Part shown: piece by piece, positions 1 through 11,589 of the stretch
Layout: the number at the start of each line of letters is the position of its first letter
How positions within the stretch are numbered: the stretch's first letter is position 1
Source of the DNA: Selaginella moellendorffii
Lineage: Eukaryota > Plantae > Lycopodiophyta
Reading direction: 5' to 3'
Length of the DNA stretch: 64,000 bases
Assembly: GCF_000143415.4 (NCBI RefSeq)
Contig: NW_003314276.1
Span: forward strand, 2,080,091-2,144,090
The notes under the pieces: model-generated
The model's database searches: none
The model's input: only the letters and a program-made list of their open reading frames with translations
Told to the model about the DNA's origin: nothing
Made by a program: the position numbers and the translations under genes

Positions 1-1792
1 AATTCAGAATCCATCCTTGGAAACACACTTCCTTTCCCGCAATTTGTTAGCGTCCAACACATTAGTGTTCCTCGCCTAACTTTGCCACTTGGATTCCTTC
101 CAAGGGATTCCACGGCCCTATCTTGGCCACTCATCTTTTGCTCCTATCCGTTGATTGTTGCACCAAGCAACATCGAATCTCTACCTCCCTCCTTGAGGTA
201 TTCTTTTGATTCCATAGCAAAGGCTCTGCTTTGCCAAGACTAGGGTGTTCACCCCTAGTAAGTCTCTTTTAGCATCTTCTGCTGTAGGCTCTATCCACGG
301 CCCAACTTTGTGACCCTCCCATGAGTCTCTTTAGAGACTACTTTCCTTGGACACACTATGCTATCGCAATGACATAGCTCATTTCCCTAAGGTGCTTTCC
401 CCACTTGGTCACCTTGACCAAGCCACACCATCATCAATAGTTTAAATCAACACTTTGAACTAGGAACCTTATTCCTTAACCCAAACAAGGACTTTGTCCT
501 TATTTAGCCACAAGATCACCTAGTAATCTCACCTCGGCACCTTAACAAGTTTGCCAATAGGTACTAGGTCTTCCAGACCTTTAACTTGTTAACTACGACC
601 CCGGGGACATCCCCCACACTTGGCGGTGCGCCCAAGCCAGCCCTTCCGGCCAAGGGTCCATAGCAACTGAGATTGGGTGTCCCTGTCTCATTCACCACGT
701 CCTTGGTGCCATTGGCACCAAAGTGTTCAAGTTAGATATGCTGAGCCACACTAAGCAATCTAACCGTGCATCACGACTCTGGGGCATCCCCCGTTTGGCG
801 GTGTGCCCAAGCCAATCTCCTCATTGAGAGTCCATGACCACCGAAATATGAGTGTCCTCATATTCCAAACCATCACCACGCCCTAGTGATTTGGGACTCG
901 AACCCAAGCACTAGAGGGTCGGGACTCAAACCTAACCTCCATATATGCATCTACGGATGGCATCACCCAGGATGCCTGGTGTGACTCCCCACGCCGGTGC
1001 ACCAACTTATACTCAGAGCGCGCTACAAATCACAACTTAGGAACCTAGTTCCTCCACACTACCAAGTCCTCTCACTTGACAAGTCTGTGATCATGCATGG
1101 ACTCTTCCATGCTTGGCCCCATGGCCCACCCTTTTTGAAGTTATCACCTTCAACTAGGGTATTTGTTCCCCTGACTTGCCAATCTCGCTTGGCAAGTCCT
1201 CCGACCACTGAGACATGGTTTCTGCACAAGCGTGAAAGCCTTTGATCATCGACTTTCATTCAAAGCCCTCTCTTTGAACACTCGGGAACTACTTCCCTAA
1301 CCTTGATAGCCTTGCCTCATGGCAAGCTTCAAGACCATGCTTCTGCTGCGCCACTCTGAATTCACGCGTTCCTTGAACCATTTACGCTTGGCCTTTCTAG
1401 GTACTAAGCTACCTAGAATCCTCTTTGGGAACCTTGAAGGAACTCTGTCCCTTAGCTTGCTAAGGCCTCCCTTTTTGCAAGCTTTCCAATTACCATATAG
1501 TCTAACATGGACAATTCCATATTTTAAACTCTCCATGGCATCACGGTTGCTAGCGGCAACACCCTCAAGCCCCCACTTGATTCTCCACTCCCAGCTGGCA
1601 TAACCAACCTTGGTTATGCCCTTCGATTCCTATGGTTCGGTTCTATCCCCTTACTTCTTGCTTTTGGCTTCACACCTTTCCTTCAATCATTCTCCTCCAG
1701 ACCAGGAGGATAGCTTTGCACTTTCTATCATGCCTTAGCAAATATTCTTAGGGATGAACCTACCCGATAGCCTAGAGAGTGGTTCCTCAATC

Positions 1793-1816
1793 ATGCTCTA
1801 TTTCGTTAAAGTGGGA
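1793..1816 (+). repeat. Left terminal inverted repeat (24 bp)
   Basis: 23/24 match to the reverse complement of 15481-15504; the mismatch is at position 2 (T vs A). Confidence 0.95.
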
Positions 1817-2452
1817 TTTATTCAGTAAAATGGGACTAGGTACAAATTTTCAAGTATTTGAAAATGACGTGAAATTATATGTTTTTTGTCCAGGGACTAG
1901 ACATATCTGGGGCATGGTGACTAGCGCGGTGACCTTATGTCCAGACTGAGTCCATCTAGTTGTATAATAAATCTCATTGTCAAGGTGAACAAGCCGAATC
2001 TGAAGCTAAAGAAGAGCGATGGCATGCGCGCACACACTATTTGTTTGTTCATTGAGCGTGTGGTGAGCTTTCCAAGATGAACATCATTCCTATTAGCCAG
2101 ACATATAACTTAATAGTGAGAACATTTAGATATTATTCAATGTTATCTTTTTCTAACGAATCTAATTGTGAAGGTGTAGCAAGAGGCATTGCTAGTCTGG
2201 AGAAGTCATTTAACTCATTTGACCCTTAGTGTATTTTCATGAAACTAAATAACATTCATATTATTAAGGAATTTCTCTAGTACCTTTTTTTTACGACATA
2301 GAGGCTTGCATTTCTTTCAAAGGTGATTTAGTAAAAGGCCTGAGAGCACATGCCATTCTATTTCTCAGACCGGTATTAAGATATACTAGTGCAAAGGGAA
2401 AAAGGTATTTGGTGATCAAGTAAATGGCATGAGGGCACATGCCATTATAAGC

Positions 2453-2812
2453 CTAAGCGCTAGTGGACACCTCCTTTTTGGTACTCTCAGCGGTACTATC
2501 ATCCTTCTCCGGGTCAGTTGTTTTGCTTTGGATTGTTGTCTCTGACGTTACTGGGGCGTTCTCGATAGTTGTTAATGTTGCCGTTTGTTCAGAAAAATGA
2601 TCACCTGGAGTATAGTACGGGGAGTTTGGAAGACTTATATATTCTACATCTTCACCTATCTCCTTCTCCGTCTCCTTTTCTGCCTCACTTACAGATTTTG
2701 TGCTTGCCATGAGAACGCTCTTCACCCTAAAATATGGAGTTCGTTGTGTTATAAAAGGAAACCAACACACACGCTGCAAGGGAATGATGGTACATAAAGC
2801 ACGTAAGCCCAC
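2453..2812 (-). CDS. Possible small ORF or downstream exon inside the transposon (Ser/Thr/Glu-rich)
   Basis: 119-codon ORF with a protein-like low-complexity tail; no recognisable domain. Confidence 0.25.
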   Translation of the reverse strand: MGLRALCTIIPLQRVCWFPFITQRTPYFRVKSVLMASTKSVSEAEKETEKEIGEDVEYISLPNSPYYTPGDHFSEQTATLTTIENAPVTSETTIQSKTTDPEKDDSTAESTKKEVSTSA

Positions 2813-3421
2813 AATATGGGTTTATGTGCCATTAATATGGGCCACACGCCATATTATTAGATTTATGCACGTGTGATTGGTAAATGCATATGTCACATCA
2901 TCTTTGTTTTACCTCACACACTATATCAGGCCTAATGAACCATATCACATGTGCGCACATGCTATATATATGGAGAAGTATTATGCAAGGATAGAAATTC
3001 AATGCATGATTGTGGAGAGCAATGGCATGAAGCCACATGCTAAATAACATTTTAGAGAAAGAATTAAAATAAAAACATGCAAACAGTACTAAGTGGACCA
3101 AGACTTAGAAGTGCACAATTGAATGAGGTATTTTTAATAAATACTTCACTCACCTCATATAGGAATGGCTACCACTCTCAAATGGCGTATCGCCTCATGC
3201 CATCACCTCGCAATTTGTTATAACAATCCGATAAATTTATATTCGGCTTGTTCACCTTGAACTTTAAGTAAGATTTGCTAGAACAACTAAGAATTTATAC
3301 TTGTTATTTGTATCATCTCACCTAGGAATGGCGTAAGGCCACATGCCATCACGCCTCCTCTGATTCAGATTCGGATTGTTCACCTTGAAATAAAATACAT
3401 TAGAAACTTAGTAAAGGAATA

Positions 3422-6400
3422 TTAATGAATCTCACCTTGAACCCGGGTTATGAATGCTCTTGCTGCATCTCTTGCATGGTCTGGCAAGGTGATGGTGGCA
3501 CTCTGCTTCCGGATCCAACCATGCACAACATTATCCACCGATATGCTCATGCTGGGATCCCTTGGATTCAGCACCCATCTCTTTTCTAGGCAATCGTTCG
3601 TATATCCGGAACTTGGCTTGAACCACTCCACAGTTACATTGAAGGAGTTAGTTTCCGCGTCCTCCTCTGCATCAGTGATGCAGCGCCCCACCCATATGAT
3701 TTGTTTTTTATTACTGGGTCTGACAAGCACGACCATTCCTTTGCAGACCTGTACTGGATTGAATGCTGAATCCGGCTTCTTGTTCCTCGGCCCACAATAG
3801 TGATCCTCAACATCGTTATCTATCACTGCATTTCCAGAGGACATTGTTCCGCTACTATCTGGTGCTCTGGGTTCTGGCCAAAAGGACTCTTCCAATTCTT
3901 CATATACAACCGGCCCATTTTGGATAGCAGATATAATCTTCTCCCAGTATTCGAGCAAAGGCTTGCACCTCTGAAAATAGGATTCTCCACCAAACACTAA
4001 CCCCCTCTTCCAGAAGGCAATATGCTGTCTAATCCCGGCCACTATACTTTCCTGGTCTTTGAGTCCATCCGGGTGCATCGGCCGTGGGGAACCCTGAGGA
4101 ATCATAGGTTCCCCAGTTATGGGATCTCTCTTGAAGAGTTCAATGCCGTCCACTGGCAGCCACACTGTGTCCCATTCTCTCATCTTGTACCTCATCACTG
4201 GAGCACCGTCACACATGCTGAAATGAAACTGAAGAGGCTTGGAGTGGCCAATCAGCGTTTCGGATCCGTCCCTGATGTAGCCTCTTACAAACCCCTTAAA
4301 GTCTGGAACCTCTGTCAGAAGTGCAGCTTCAACAGTGCCTTTGATGCAATTTTGGAATTCATCGTAGAGTTGTGGGAGGGTGAGGACATTGGATCGCCGG
4401 AGAGACTCTGCCAGGTGACTGAACATGGCATCGACGTCTTCATGAGTGTGCCCAACCATGAGAAAGCCAAGTGTAACCGTTTCAAATATGCCTTTGGCAA
4501 CAAGCATCGCCAAGTACGCGAAGACGTACATGTTTTTGTTCTCACTGCCAGCATTGTCTGTTTGGAGCAAAAGATGGGGTGGAAGGCCACATCGGCCGCA
4601 AGAACTTCCTTGAGATTCTGCTTCGTTTGGATGAGGCTGTGCATTCACCGGGCGACCAGCCTCGTCGGAATGGCATGAGGCCTCACGTGATAACCCTACA
4701 ATCTGACGGCCAACATATTCACTGGGATGGCATGGGGCCCCACGCGATACTGCAAGCCTTTGCTCCTCCTCCAGCTGAACCCTGTATGGGGTTCGATCGA
4801 CAAGGGCCTTATGCAAGGGTTGGCCGTTCAGCTCAGTCTGCGCACTTTGCAGAGACCTTAAGTGTTTTGCTAGGGACGCAATCATCATGTTTGCACCCCC
4901 GCCACCCCATAGAGGTACAAAGAAGTTCCCATAGTTCTGGGCACCATGCCCATGAGCGATTATGCCAAACAGAGACACAGGCAGCTGCATGGATGAAGAG
5001 ATTGCCTTGGGGGCAGGATTGAGTCGAGGTAAGCACGTCTTTTTCTGGTCCATTTTGTCGTGGATGATGCAGAGGTAAGAGTCAGGTCTCTCCATGGAGA
5101 GAATCCTGTTATGATAATATGCAGTCCTGCAGCTTCTCTGCTCAATGTTGTGGTCGAGCCGCCTTCTAACCAACGTCTCTCGCTCTTGAGCGCTGCAAGA
5201 ATTCTTCGACAAAGCCATTTTGATAGCAGTGCACTCGTCACACTTTGAAAAGCTGGAGTACTTTCCTATACTCACATCCCTGAACTTGTTGCTCCACAAT
5301 CTACTAAATCTAGATTGGCTCAGCTTCCTGTAGCCATTACTCTGGAGTTCCTGATTCACATATTCCAATATGGCCCCCTTGGTATACATGGAAGGGAGAA
5401 CTCGTTGGGTGTCTCGTGTTCCATCTTCCAGGAGGCGGGTTTTATGTGGTTGCTGCTCGCTACATGTCTCGACAAACCTCTTGAAGATTGCCTCTCCATA
5501 TACAACATGACCCCTGGTTTTGTGCGTACCGTCGTTCCCATGGACTGCCTGTTGAACCCTTTGTTCCTCGAACTCAGTTTTGATTCTGTAGAATGTGGTT
5601 CGAGGGACTCCATAAATGATTCTCCATGCCTTCATGCAGACCAAACCCCTCTGGAAGACCATGCCCCCCACCTGATGTTCTGAAGCATCAACAGATGACC
5701 GTAATACCTCATACACAAAATTGCGAGCTGCCTTCCAGGACAATGTCTTGTATCTTGCTCTCTCCTCTTCAATAGCATCCCAATCAGCATGTTGACAGCA
5801 CCTCCTCTTGCAACAAGCAACTGTCGAGACCATTCGAACCTCCATCGCCATTTTCTGCCTTTTCGGTTCGTTGCTCAGATCCCTTTGGCTGCGCTTTAGG
5901 AAGGTGTACTTTCTTTTCCCATGAAGAGATGTTCTGTCATCAGTTGTAGTGGTGTTTGATTGTGAATCCTTCACATTCTCAAACACTAAGTGCCTCAATT
6001 TCCACCGCACAATGCTTCCAATAGTCAGACTGTTTTCTTCTATGTCAACAACCTCTAAAATCGCAACTCCAATATCATCCCAGCCCAATTCTTGATTAGC
6101 AACCGCATCTCTTGGATCGACAACTGTGGCTAAGCCCTCAGCTACCACCTCCCCCTCGGGGTTGTTTAGAAACACTTTTGCCTGAATCCATGTAGCACGG
6201 TTCTTAAGATCCACGGAGGGAACATGCGTCGCACTTGCGCTGTCCCCAACATCTGCTTTCTTTTGAAGATTTTTCAAGGCAACAACAACATTTACCCCGA
6301 CGACCATCTCTCCTCGTTCAATAGCGACCACATTCCCATCGAAGACAGTCTCTACTGATACAGCAGCATTGCCTTCCCCAAGCCTTTGACAGTGTATAAC

Positions 6401-6490
6401 AAAGTTCCGATCCATAGACACAAGAGTCCCTTTTGCAACTCTCTTCCCACCATTCAAAATGTAAACCTTTTCCCCAACCCTGAAGGCCAT
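3422..6490 (-). CDS. Sola-like (DUF7869-type) DDD transposase, 1022 aa; may have a short extra 3' exon near 3350-3385
   Basis: Intact ORF. Motifs FSKCDEC..H, IIHDKMDQKKT (D1), LLLQTDNAGSENKN (D2) and FLMVGHTHEDVDAMFS (D3). Two N-terminal VAxG...LG...V beta repeats resemble Tnp1/En-Spm-type (Transposase_23-like) domains. The C-terminal segment GMVVLVRP...WVGR...VTVEWF looks Tudor/SH3-like. A GTGAGA donor sits just before the stop. Confidence 0.85.
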   Translation of the reverse strand: MAFRVGEKVYILNGGKRVAKGTLVSMDRNFVIHCQRLGEGNAAVSVETVFDGNVVAIERGEMVVGVNVVVALKNLQKKADVGDSASATHVPSVDLKNRATWIQAKVFLNNPEGEVVAEGLATVVDPRDAVANQELGWDDIGVAILEVVDIEENSLTIGSIVRWKLRHLVFENVKDSQSNTTTTDDRTSLHGKRKYTFLKRSQRDLSNEPKRQKMAMEVRMVSTVACCKRRCCQHADWDAIEEERARYKTLSWKAARNFVYEVLRSSVDASEHQVGGMVFQRGLVCMKAWRIIYGVPRTTFYRIKTEFEEQRVQQAVHGNDGTHKTRGHVVYGEAIFKRFVETCSEQQPHKTRLLEDGTRDTQRVLPSMYTKGAILEYVNQELQSNGYRKLSQSRFSRLWSNKFRDVSIGKYSSFSKCDECTAIKMALSKNSCSAQERETLVRRRLDHNIEQRSCRTAYYHNRILSMERPDSYLCIIHDKMDQKKTCLPRLNPAPKAISSSMQLPVSLFGIIAHGHGAQNYGNFFVPLWGGGGANMMIASLAKHLRSLQSAQTELNGQPLHKALVDRTPYRVQLEEEQRLAVSRGAPCHPSEYVGRQIVGLSREASCHSDEAGRPVNAQPHPNEAESQGSSCGRCGLPPHLLLQTDNAGSENKNMYVFAYLAMLVAKGIFETVTLGFLMVGHTHEDVDAMFSHLAESLRRSNVLTLPQLYDEFQNCIKGTVEAALLTEVPDFKGFVRGYIRDGSETLIGHSKPLQFHFSMCDGAPVMRYKMREWDTVWLPVDGIELFKRDPITGEPMIPQGSPRPMHPDGLKDQESIVAGIRQHIAFWKRGLVFGGESYFQRCKPLLEYWEKIISAIQNGPVVYEELEESFWPEPRAPDSSGTMSSGNAVIDNDVEDHYCGPRNKKPDSAFNPVQVCKGMVVLVRPSNKKQIIWVGRCITDAEEDAETNSFNVTVEWFKPSSGYTNDCLEKRWVLNPRDPSMSISVDNVVHGWIRKQSATITLPDHARDAARAFITRVQGEIH

Positions 6491-6856
6491 TCTGAAAGTG
6501 CAGAAAAGAAGTTAAGACCATACAAAAAATGATTGGAGAATGGCCTAAATCATAACATACCAAACAACCTCAATAGCATGAGGCCACATGCCATTATTCA
6601 AACATGCTATTGACACCCACGTGAAATTTCGCATTCACAAAATTGGCATGAGGCCTCATGCCATCTTGATATACACACAGCTGCAGGCAAGTAAAAACAT
6701 ACATGACAATACGCTAGCCATGAAATTGCAAGGGCCCAAGATGGTATGTGGCCTCATGCCATTTCTAAATGTGGTCCTAAGCCATTCCATAGTGAACATA
6801 CCAGGAAGCACAAGTGCCGAATATCAAGAGGAAGCGGTAGCCACACAAAAGACAGT

Positions 6857-6990
6857 GCCGCTCGCAACACCGCAACTACTCGTAGCGCCGCTCGGAACAC
6901 CGCAACTGCTCGTAGCGCCGCTCGCACAAACTGCCACTCGCATAAACTGCCGCTCGCAATGGCGCTCGCAATGCCGCAACCGCTCGTAGA
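6857..6990. repeat. GC-rich 30-bp tandem repeat (GCCGCTCGCAACACCGCAACTRCTCGTAGC) in the transposase leader region
   Basis: Two near-full units followed by degenerate CCGCTCGCA units. Confidence 0.75.
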
Positions 6991-7821
6991 CGCATAAACC
7001 ACAGCCCACAACGCCGCTTACACAAGCAGCGCTCACTGCGCTCAGCGGAACCAAGAACACGGCGCACAAAAATGATAGACCTAGGAATGAGTTCGAGAAT
7101 TCAAAAATAACACACGCTTGAACGTCACATCAAATCCTCTGACAAACCAGATCTTATGATTCCTCTGACAAATTTCAAACTGAGTAGCTTCTAGACTTTG
7201 CTGTCGGAGGTTGAACTTTGTCACATCATGTCCTTGCCTCGATCCAGCTGTGCCATGTCAGTGATTCGAACTTTGCCATGCCATGTCAGCGATCCGCGCC
7301 AAGATTATTCGCCGTGTAAAGGAATAATTATGCTGTGTGTGTACGTCCATTTATGGCAATATAAGGCCACACGCCATTCAAAGAATAATGCTCGACATAA
7401 GGCCACATGCCATTCAAAGAATAATGCTAGTCGAGCATTTTTTGGTGCATTTTTGGGTTCAAAATTGCATGAGCCCACACGCTATAAAGTTTACTTGTAC
7501 CAAAAATAGAAACAGCTTTATTTACTTGGGAATTTAAGTGGTTGAGGCATTTTTAAACTTACAAACACATGCCCTACTTACATTCTTTTGGTTGCCTAAA
7601 ATTCAAAAATATTATAAACCTTTCTTTTTGCATTTTCAATGTTTTCAATTATGGTTTTTGATTTTCGTAGGACCAGCCTAGTAATCTATTTGCATCCCGT
7701 CATGTTTATAGCTAGCTTTCGTTCGTCCCCTTTGCTAGCCTGAGATACATCTGCTCGGCATCTGCCTCTTACAGCATTTGCCCAGAAAGGGCATCTTTCT
7801 TCACGCAGCATTTGCCACATG

Positions 7822-7854
7822 TTTAGGGTTTAGGGTTTAGGGTTTAGTGTTTAG
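7822..7854 (+). repeat. Interstitial plant telomere repeat (TTTAGGG)3 plus degenerate units
   Basis: TTTAGGGTTTAGGGTTTAGGGTTTAGTGTTTAG. Confidence 0.85.
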
Positions 7855-9069
7855 CAATTCAGTAGCTTGATAAACATGCAAATACAAAACTTGATGCAAA
7901 ATCCTTTGATATGTCACAATGCCCCTAGGACCATAAACACATTTCAATAGAGAGGGTCCTTTCATTTCATAACTCCTTACGTAGATCTTGGTGAAACCAG
8001 AGTTAGTGAAGTTAGTTTCTTGTGATCCCGCATCTGATTGTGATGTCCCTTTGCAGTTTCGATGGAAAGGTCAATGCACACCAAACTGTAAAATCTTGGA
8101 GCAAAATAACGGTCGGATCTATGGCAAATGCCCCTGAAACATTGTAAGGCTCGTGTGGTCTCATGTGGTGTCCGATCGAGATGCTTCTTTGCAGGGTCAT
8201 CAAGAAAGACATTGTATACCATTCTGTAAAATCTAGTTGCGATCTAACGGTTGGATCTCCAGAAAACTCAAAAAAATCTCGCGCGTGTCAGAATATCCTA
8301 GGAATATACTCCTATGTGCCCCTGAAAATGGCATGCGGCCCCACGCCATTCAAGAGATAACGCCAGATGACGCCGAGAATTTTTTGGTGCATTTTTTGGG
8401 TTCAAAATTGCATGNNNNNNNNNNNNNNNNNNNNNNNNNNNNNNNNNNNNNNNNNNNNNNNNNNNNNNNNNNNNNNNNNNNNNNNNNNNNNNNNNNNNNN
8501 NNNNNNNNNNNNNNNNNNNNNNCACTGAAAGGGAATTTTTCTCCATTCAGCATTTGGCCCTGAAAATGGCATGCGCCCACACGCCATTCAAGGAATAACG
8601 CCACAAGACGCCTGGATTTTTGGGTTTAAAATGTTTAGGGTTTTTTGGGTTTTTTCAAAATATTTTGGGTTCAACGTTTTTTGGGTTTCTTTGGTTCAAA
8701 ATTGCATGAGCCCACACGCTATAATATTGATTTGAGAGAAAAATAGAAACAGATAGAATTTCTTTATTTAGATGAACATCTGCCATTTTTGGAAATACAA
8801 GATGCTTTGGAATATCCAATCATGCATGGTATAAATATAGCGAGGGTATTAAATGATATCCCAATCATGATCTTTCTTTTGGATTTCGCGTGCATGCAGT
8901 CCGAGGAATGATGACGTTGCGGATTTCTTTTGGATTTTGCGTACTTGCATGCGCGCGGCAATCCAGAAATTAATGGTGGCGCCCAAGTCCGAGGAATGAT
9001 GACATGGCGGGATTACCAACCGTTGTGACATTTCGCGCGTGTGAGGTTAGGTTTTGCATTTTGCTTTGT

Positions 9070-9445
9070 ACTCGCGCTCGCACACTCGCGCTCGCGCTCG
9101 CATCACACTTGCGCTCCCGCTCGCATCGCGCGATCACGCTCACTTCTCTACAGGTTTCTCGTGTGCATCGGCGTCCACTCGCGCTTGCATCACACTCGCG
9201 CTCGCATCGCGCTCGTGTGCATCGGCGTCCACTTCAAGACACACCCAGTTTGTAACTTCGCCGCCAACTCTGCCGCCCACTCCGCCACCCACACGCAGCC
9301 CACTTGGCGTCCCGGGAGATTTCAGCGCCACTCTCCAACTGTAAGTGGCAGAGTAGCCTTGCTGCTACGATCCGCTGCACACACAGTGCACATTCGCCAG
9401 CGAGTCCGGCCTCGATTGTCACGGCCTCGATTGTCACGGCCTCCA
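9070..9445. repeat. CpG-rich short repeats (CTCGCGCTCGCATC; GGCCTCGATTGTCAC) in the cargo gene leader
   Basis: Visible tandem units upstream of the ATG at 9457. Confidence 0.65.
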
Positions 9446-10359
9446 TTCGGCTTCAAATGGTAAGTCTTTTAGACGAAGTAGAAAATGGCATGAGGCCACA
9501 TGCCATTCAGTAGCAACATTGGCATGCACCGATTGGGCTCTCGAGTGCAGTCCAGTTACAGATGGCGTGTAGCCTCACGCCATCTTAGGATGCAGCCTCA
9601 AGACATCTGATGCAGTGGTGAATGGCGTGTGGCCTCACGTTATTTCCAGCTGCTAGCTTTTCATCTGTCAGCTCTAATTGTTGTGCATTTCTGAACAGGC
9701 GAGGAATTGCGTTCTTCTTCCAGCCACTGTCAATGTGGATGCAGAGAAGGGGGAGGAGCTCACCAGTTGGACTTTCGGGATGGAAGGCGAGGATCTGATG
9801 CTGTACAACACAGATGGTGGGAGAAAAGAATGCATGGGGATCCTCATCCAAGTGACAGACACTCCATGCAGTTCCATGCAAGAATATGGACTGGCACTTG
9901 TGGTAGAGACAGCGTCCGCCTTCAAGATCCACCTTGCACATCCTAGCGGCTTCCCGGAGGGGGGCAGCGGCTATGAGGAATTCCTAGAGGGAGCTAGGGA
10001 GAGGTTGTCCAGGAGGCCCACAATTTCAAAGACGCTGCGGGTCTATGAAGATCACATAGAATCCACGGACCTCACCTACGGCGATGTTCAAAAACTATAT
10101 TCCAACATTAAGCCGTTGAGAGTGCCTCCAGTTTGCGAAGCGAAGGGGAAGGGGGTCAATCTGGAAATTACCCCGAAGCAGAAAAGGGTGGTCAAGCTCA
10201 AGCCGACGTCCGACTCTGCTGCTCCAAAAAAGAAGCTACTCGGTGATGCCATTGCCTCGGGTTCGAACACTACACCCACCAAAAAGAAGAGCCGCAAAGA
10301 GCAGAAAGAGCAAGAAGAGGCAGCAAAAATCGTCGCAGATAATAGTACTTGTTACTATT

Positions 10360-10760
10360 CCAACAAAGTATATACAATCGACGTGAGCCGTATCGAGATC
10401 CAAAGCAAATACAACCATAGGCTAGTATCTGATGAGTGGGTGGAGAAACTGAAGCAGAAGATGCTGGCAAGTCCAGTAACACCCGACATCGCAGACGTGA
10501 TCCCCTACTACCGAACAATGAAGGGCGAGACGAAGTTTCCAGACTTGATCAATAGGAAGGTGTTGGACGATCAGAACATCCGGTTCTATGCCGTCTCCGG
10601 GCAGCATTCTAGCTTGGCGATGCAACAGATAGTTGTGGATATTATGGTGGGCGAGGAGGTGAAGAAAGTCTTCAAGACAAGAGTTGTCCGCCTGATAAAA
10701 GGCAACTCGCCCCTCCGATCTATCATATACATCTCCCACGCGCAGAATGTCAAGCAAGAA
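10360..10760 (+). other. ParB/Sulfiredoxin-like (DGQHR-type) domain within the cargo gene
   Basis: IDVSRI...NHRLVSDEWVEKLKQKM...RFYAVSGQHSSLAM...IIYISHAQN follows the ParB N-terminal pattern (R..V..L...; Y.hh.G.HR..A; terminal N). The Arg is replaced by Ser. Confidence 0.65.
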
Positions 10761-11589
10761 ACGTGCTACAAATCAGGTCTGCACGAGACATTGGCACGAA
10801 CACGGAAGCTCTGGGTTCAACTGAAGAAGCCACAAAAACCAGGACAAGGACGTGCACTAGCAACTAGCGCCTGGCAGGTAAGCCTCGTTGCATGTGGCAT
10901 AGCATGTGGCCTCACGCCATTTCCATTGCAGGAATTCTCGAGTCTTCTCTCGAAAACACTGGGGGTCAATGACACACTTAGCATCCATAACATTCTACTC
11001 GCGACAAAAGTTGTTTTTGACAAATGGGTAGATGTGCTAAGGAGGTACCATGACGGGGAGTTGCTAAACTCAATGGGTGTGGAGGACGGCCGGAAGCCCA
11101 ATGATTTGAAGCTCAACGCCTTGCGTTTCTCGCGGTCTCTAGACGACGACGACCTTTTGACAGTGGCTAATGCTCTTCTACGTGGTGAGGTAGTCTTCAA
11201 CAAGACCAAAATGACTCCCGGCCATATTGTGACATACAAGGACTTGTGCACGACTCTGAGAGCTCGTGCGCTATTGAAGGATTGGATCTTCGAGCAAGTG
11301 GCCGTGGCGAGGGTGAGCATCGACACCACGCAAGAGATGATAGAAGAGCTGGAGTTGTCAAATGAAGACATCGACGAGTACGTGAAGGGGGCCCCCAAGT
11401 TCATCGATCTGCTGCGGGATGCCACGAAAAGTAAAGCTGAGAAGTTGGATTAGTATCCAAATTTCATTAAGAGGGATGTCGACCGCCGGCTTCAGAAACA
11501 GCTCGACCCTGCAGCAGAGGCCTATCGAGAACCTTACCGGGTATACGTGAATTCGGATGAGGATCAAAGGTGGAAGAGCATCGTTTCCC

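Noticed and set aside
7822-7854. True chromosome end
   Set aside because: Only three perfect units, internal to a transposon
11451-11453. Programmed stop read-through or C/U RNA editing at the in-frame TAG
   Set aside because: A C-to-T nonsense mutation is simpler, given the same pattern in the neighbouring pol; no supporting signal seen
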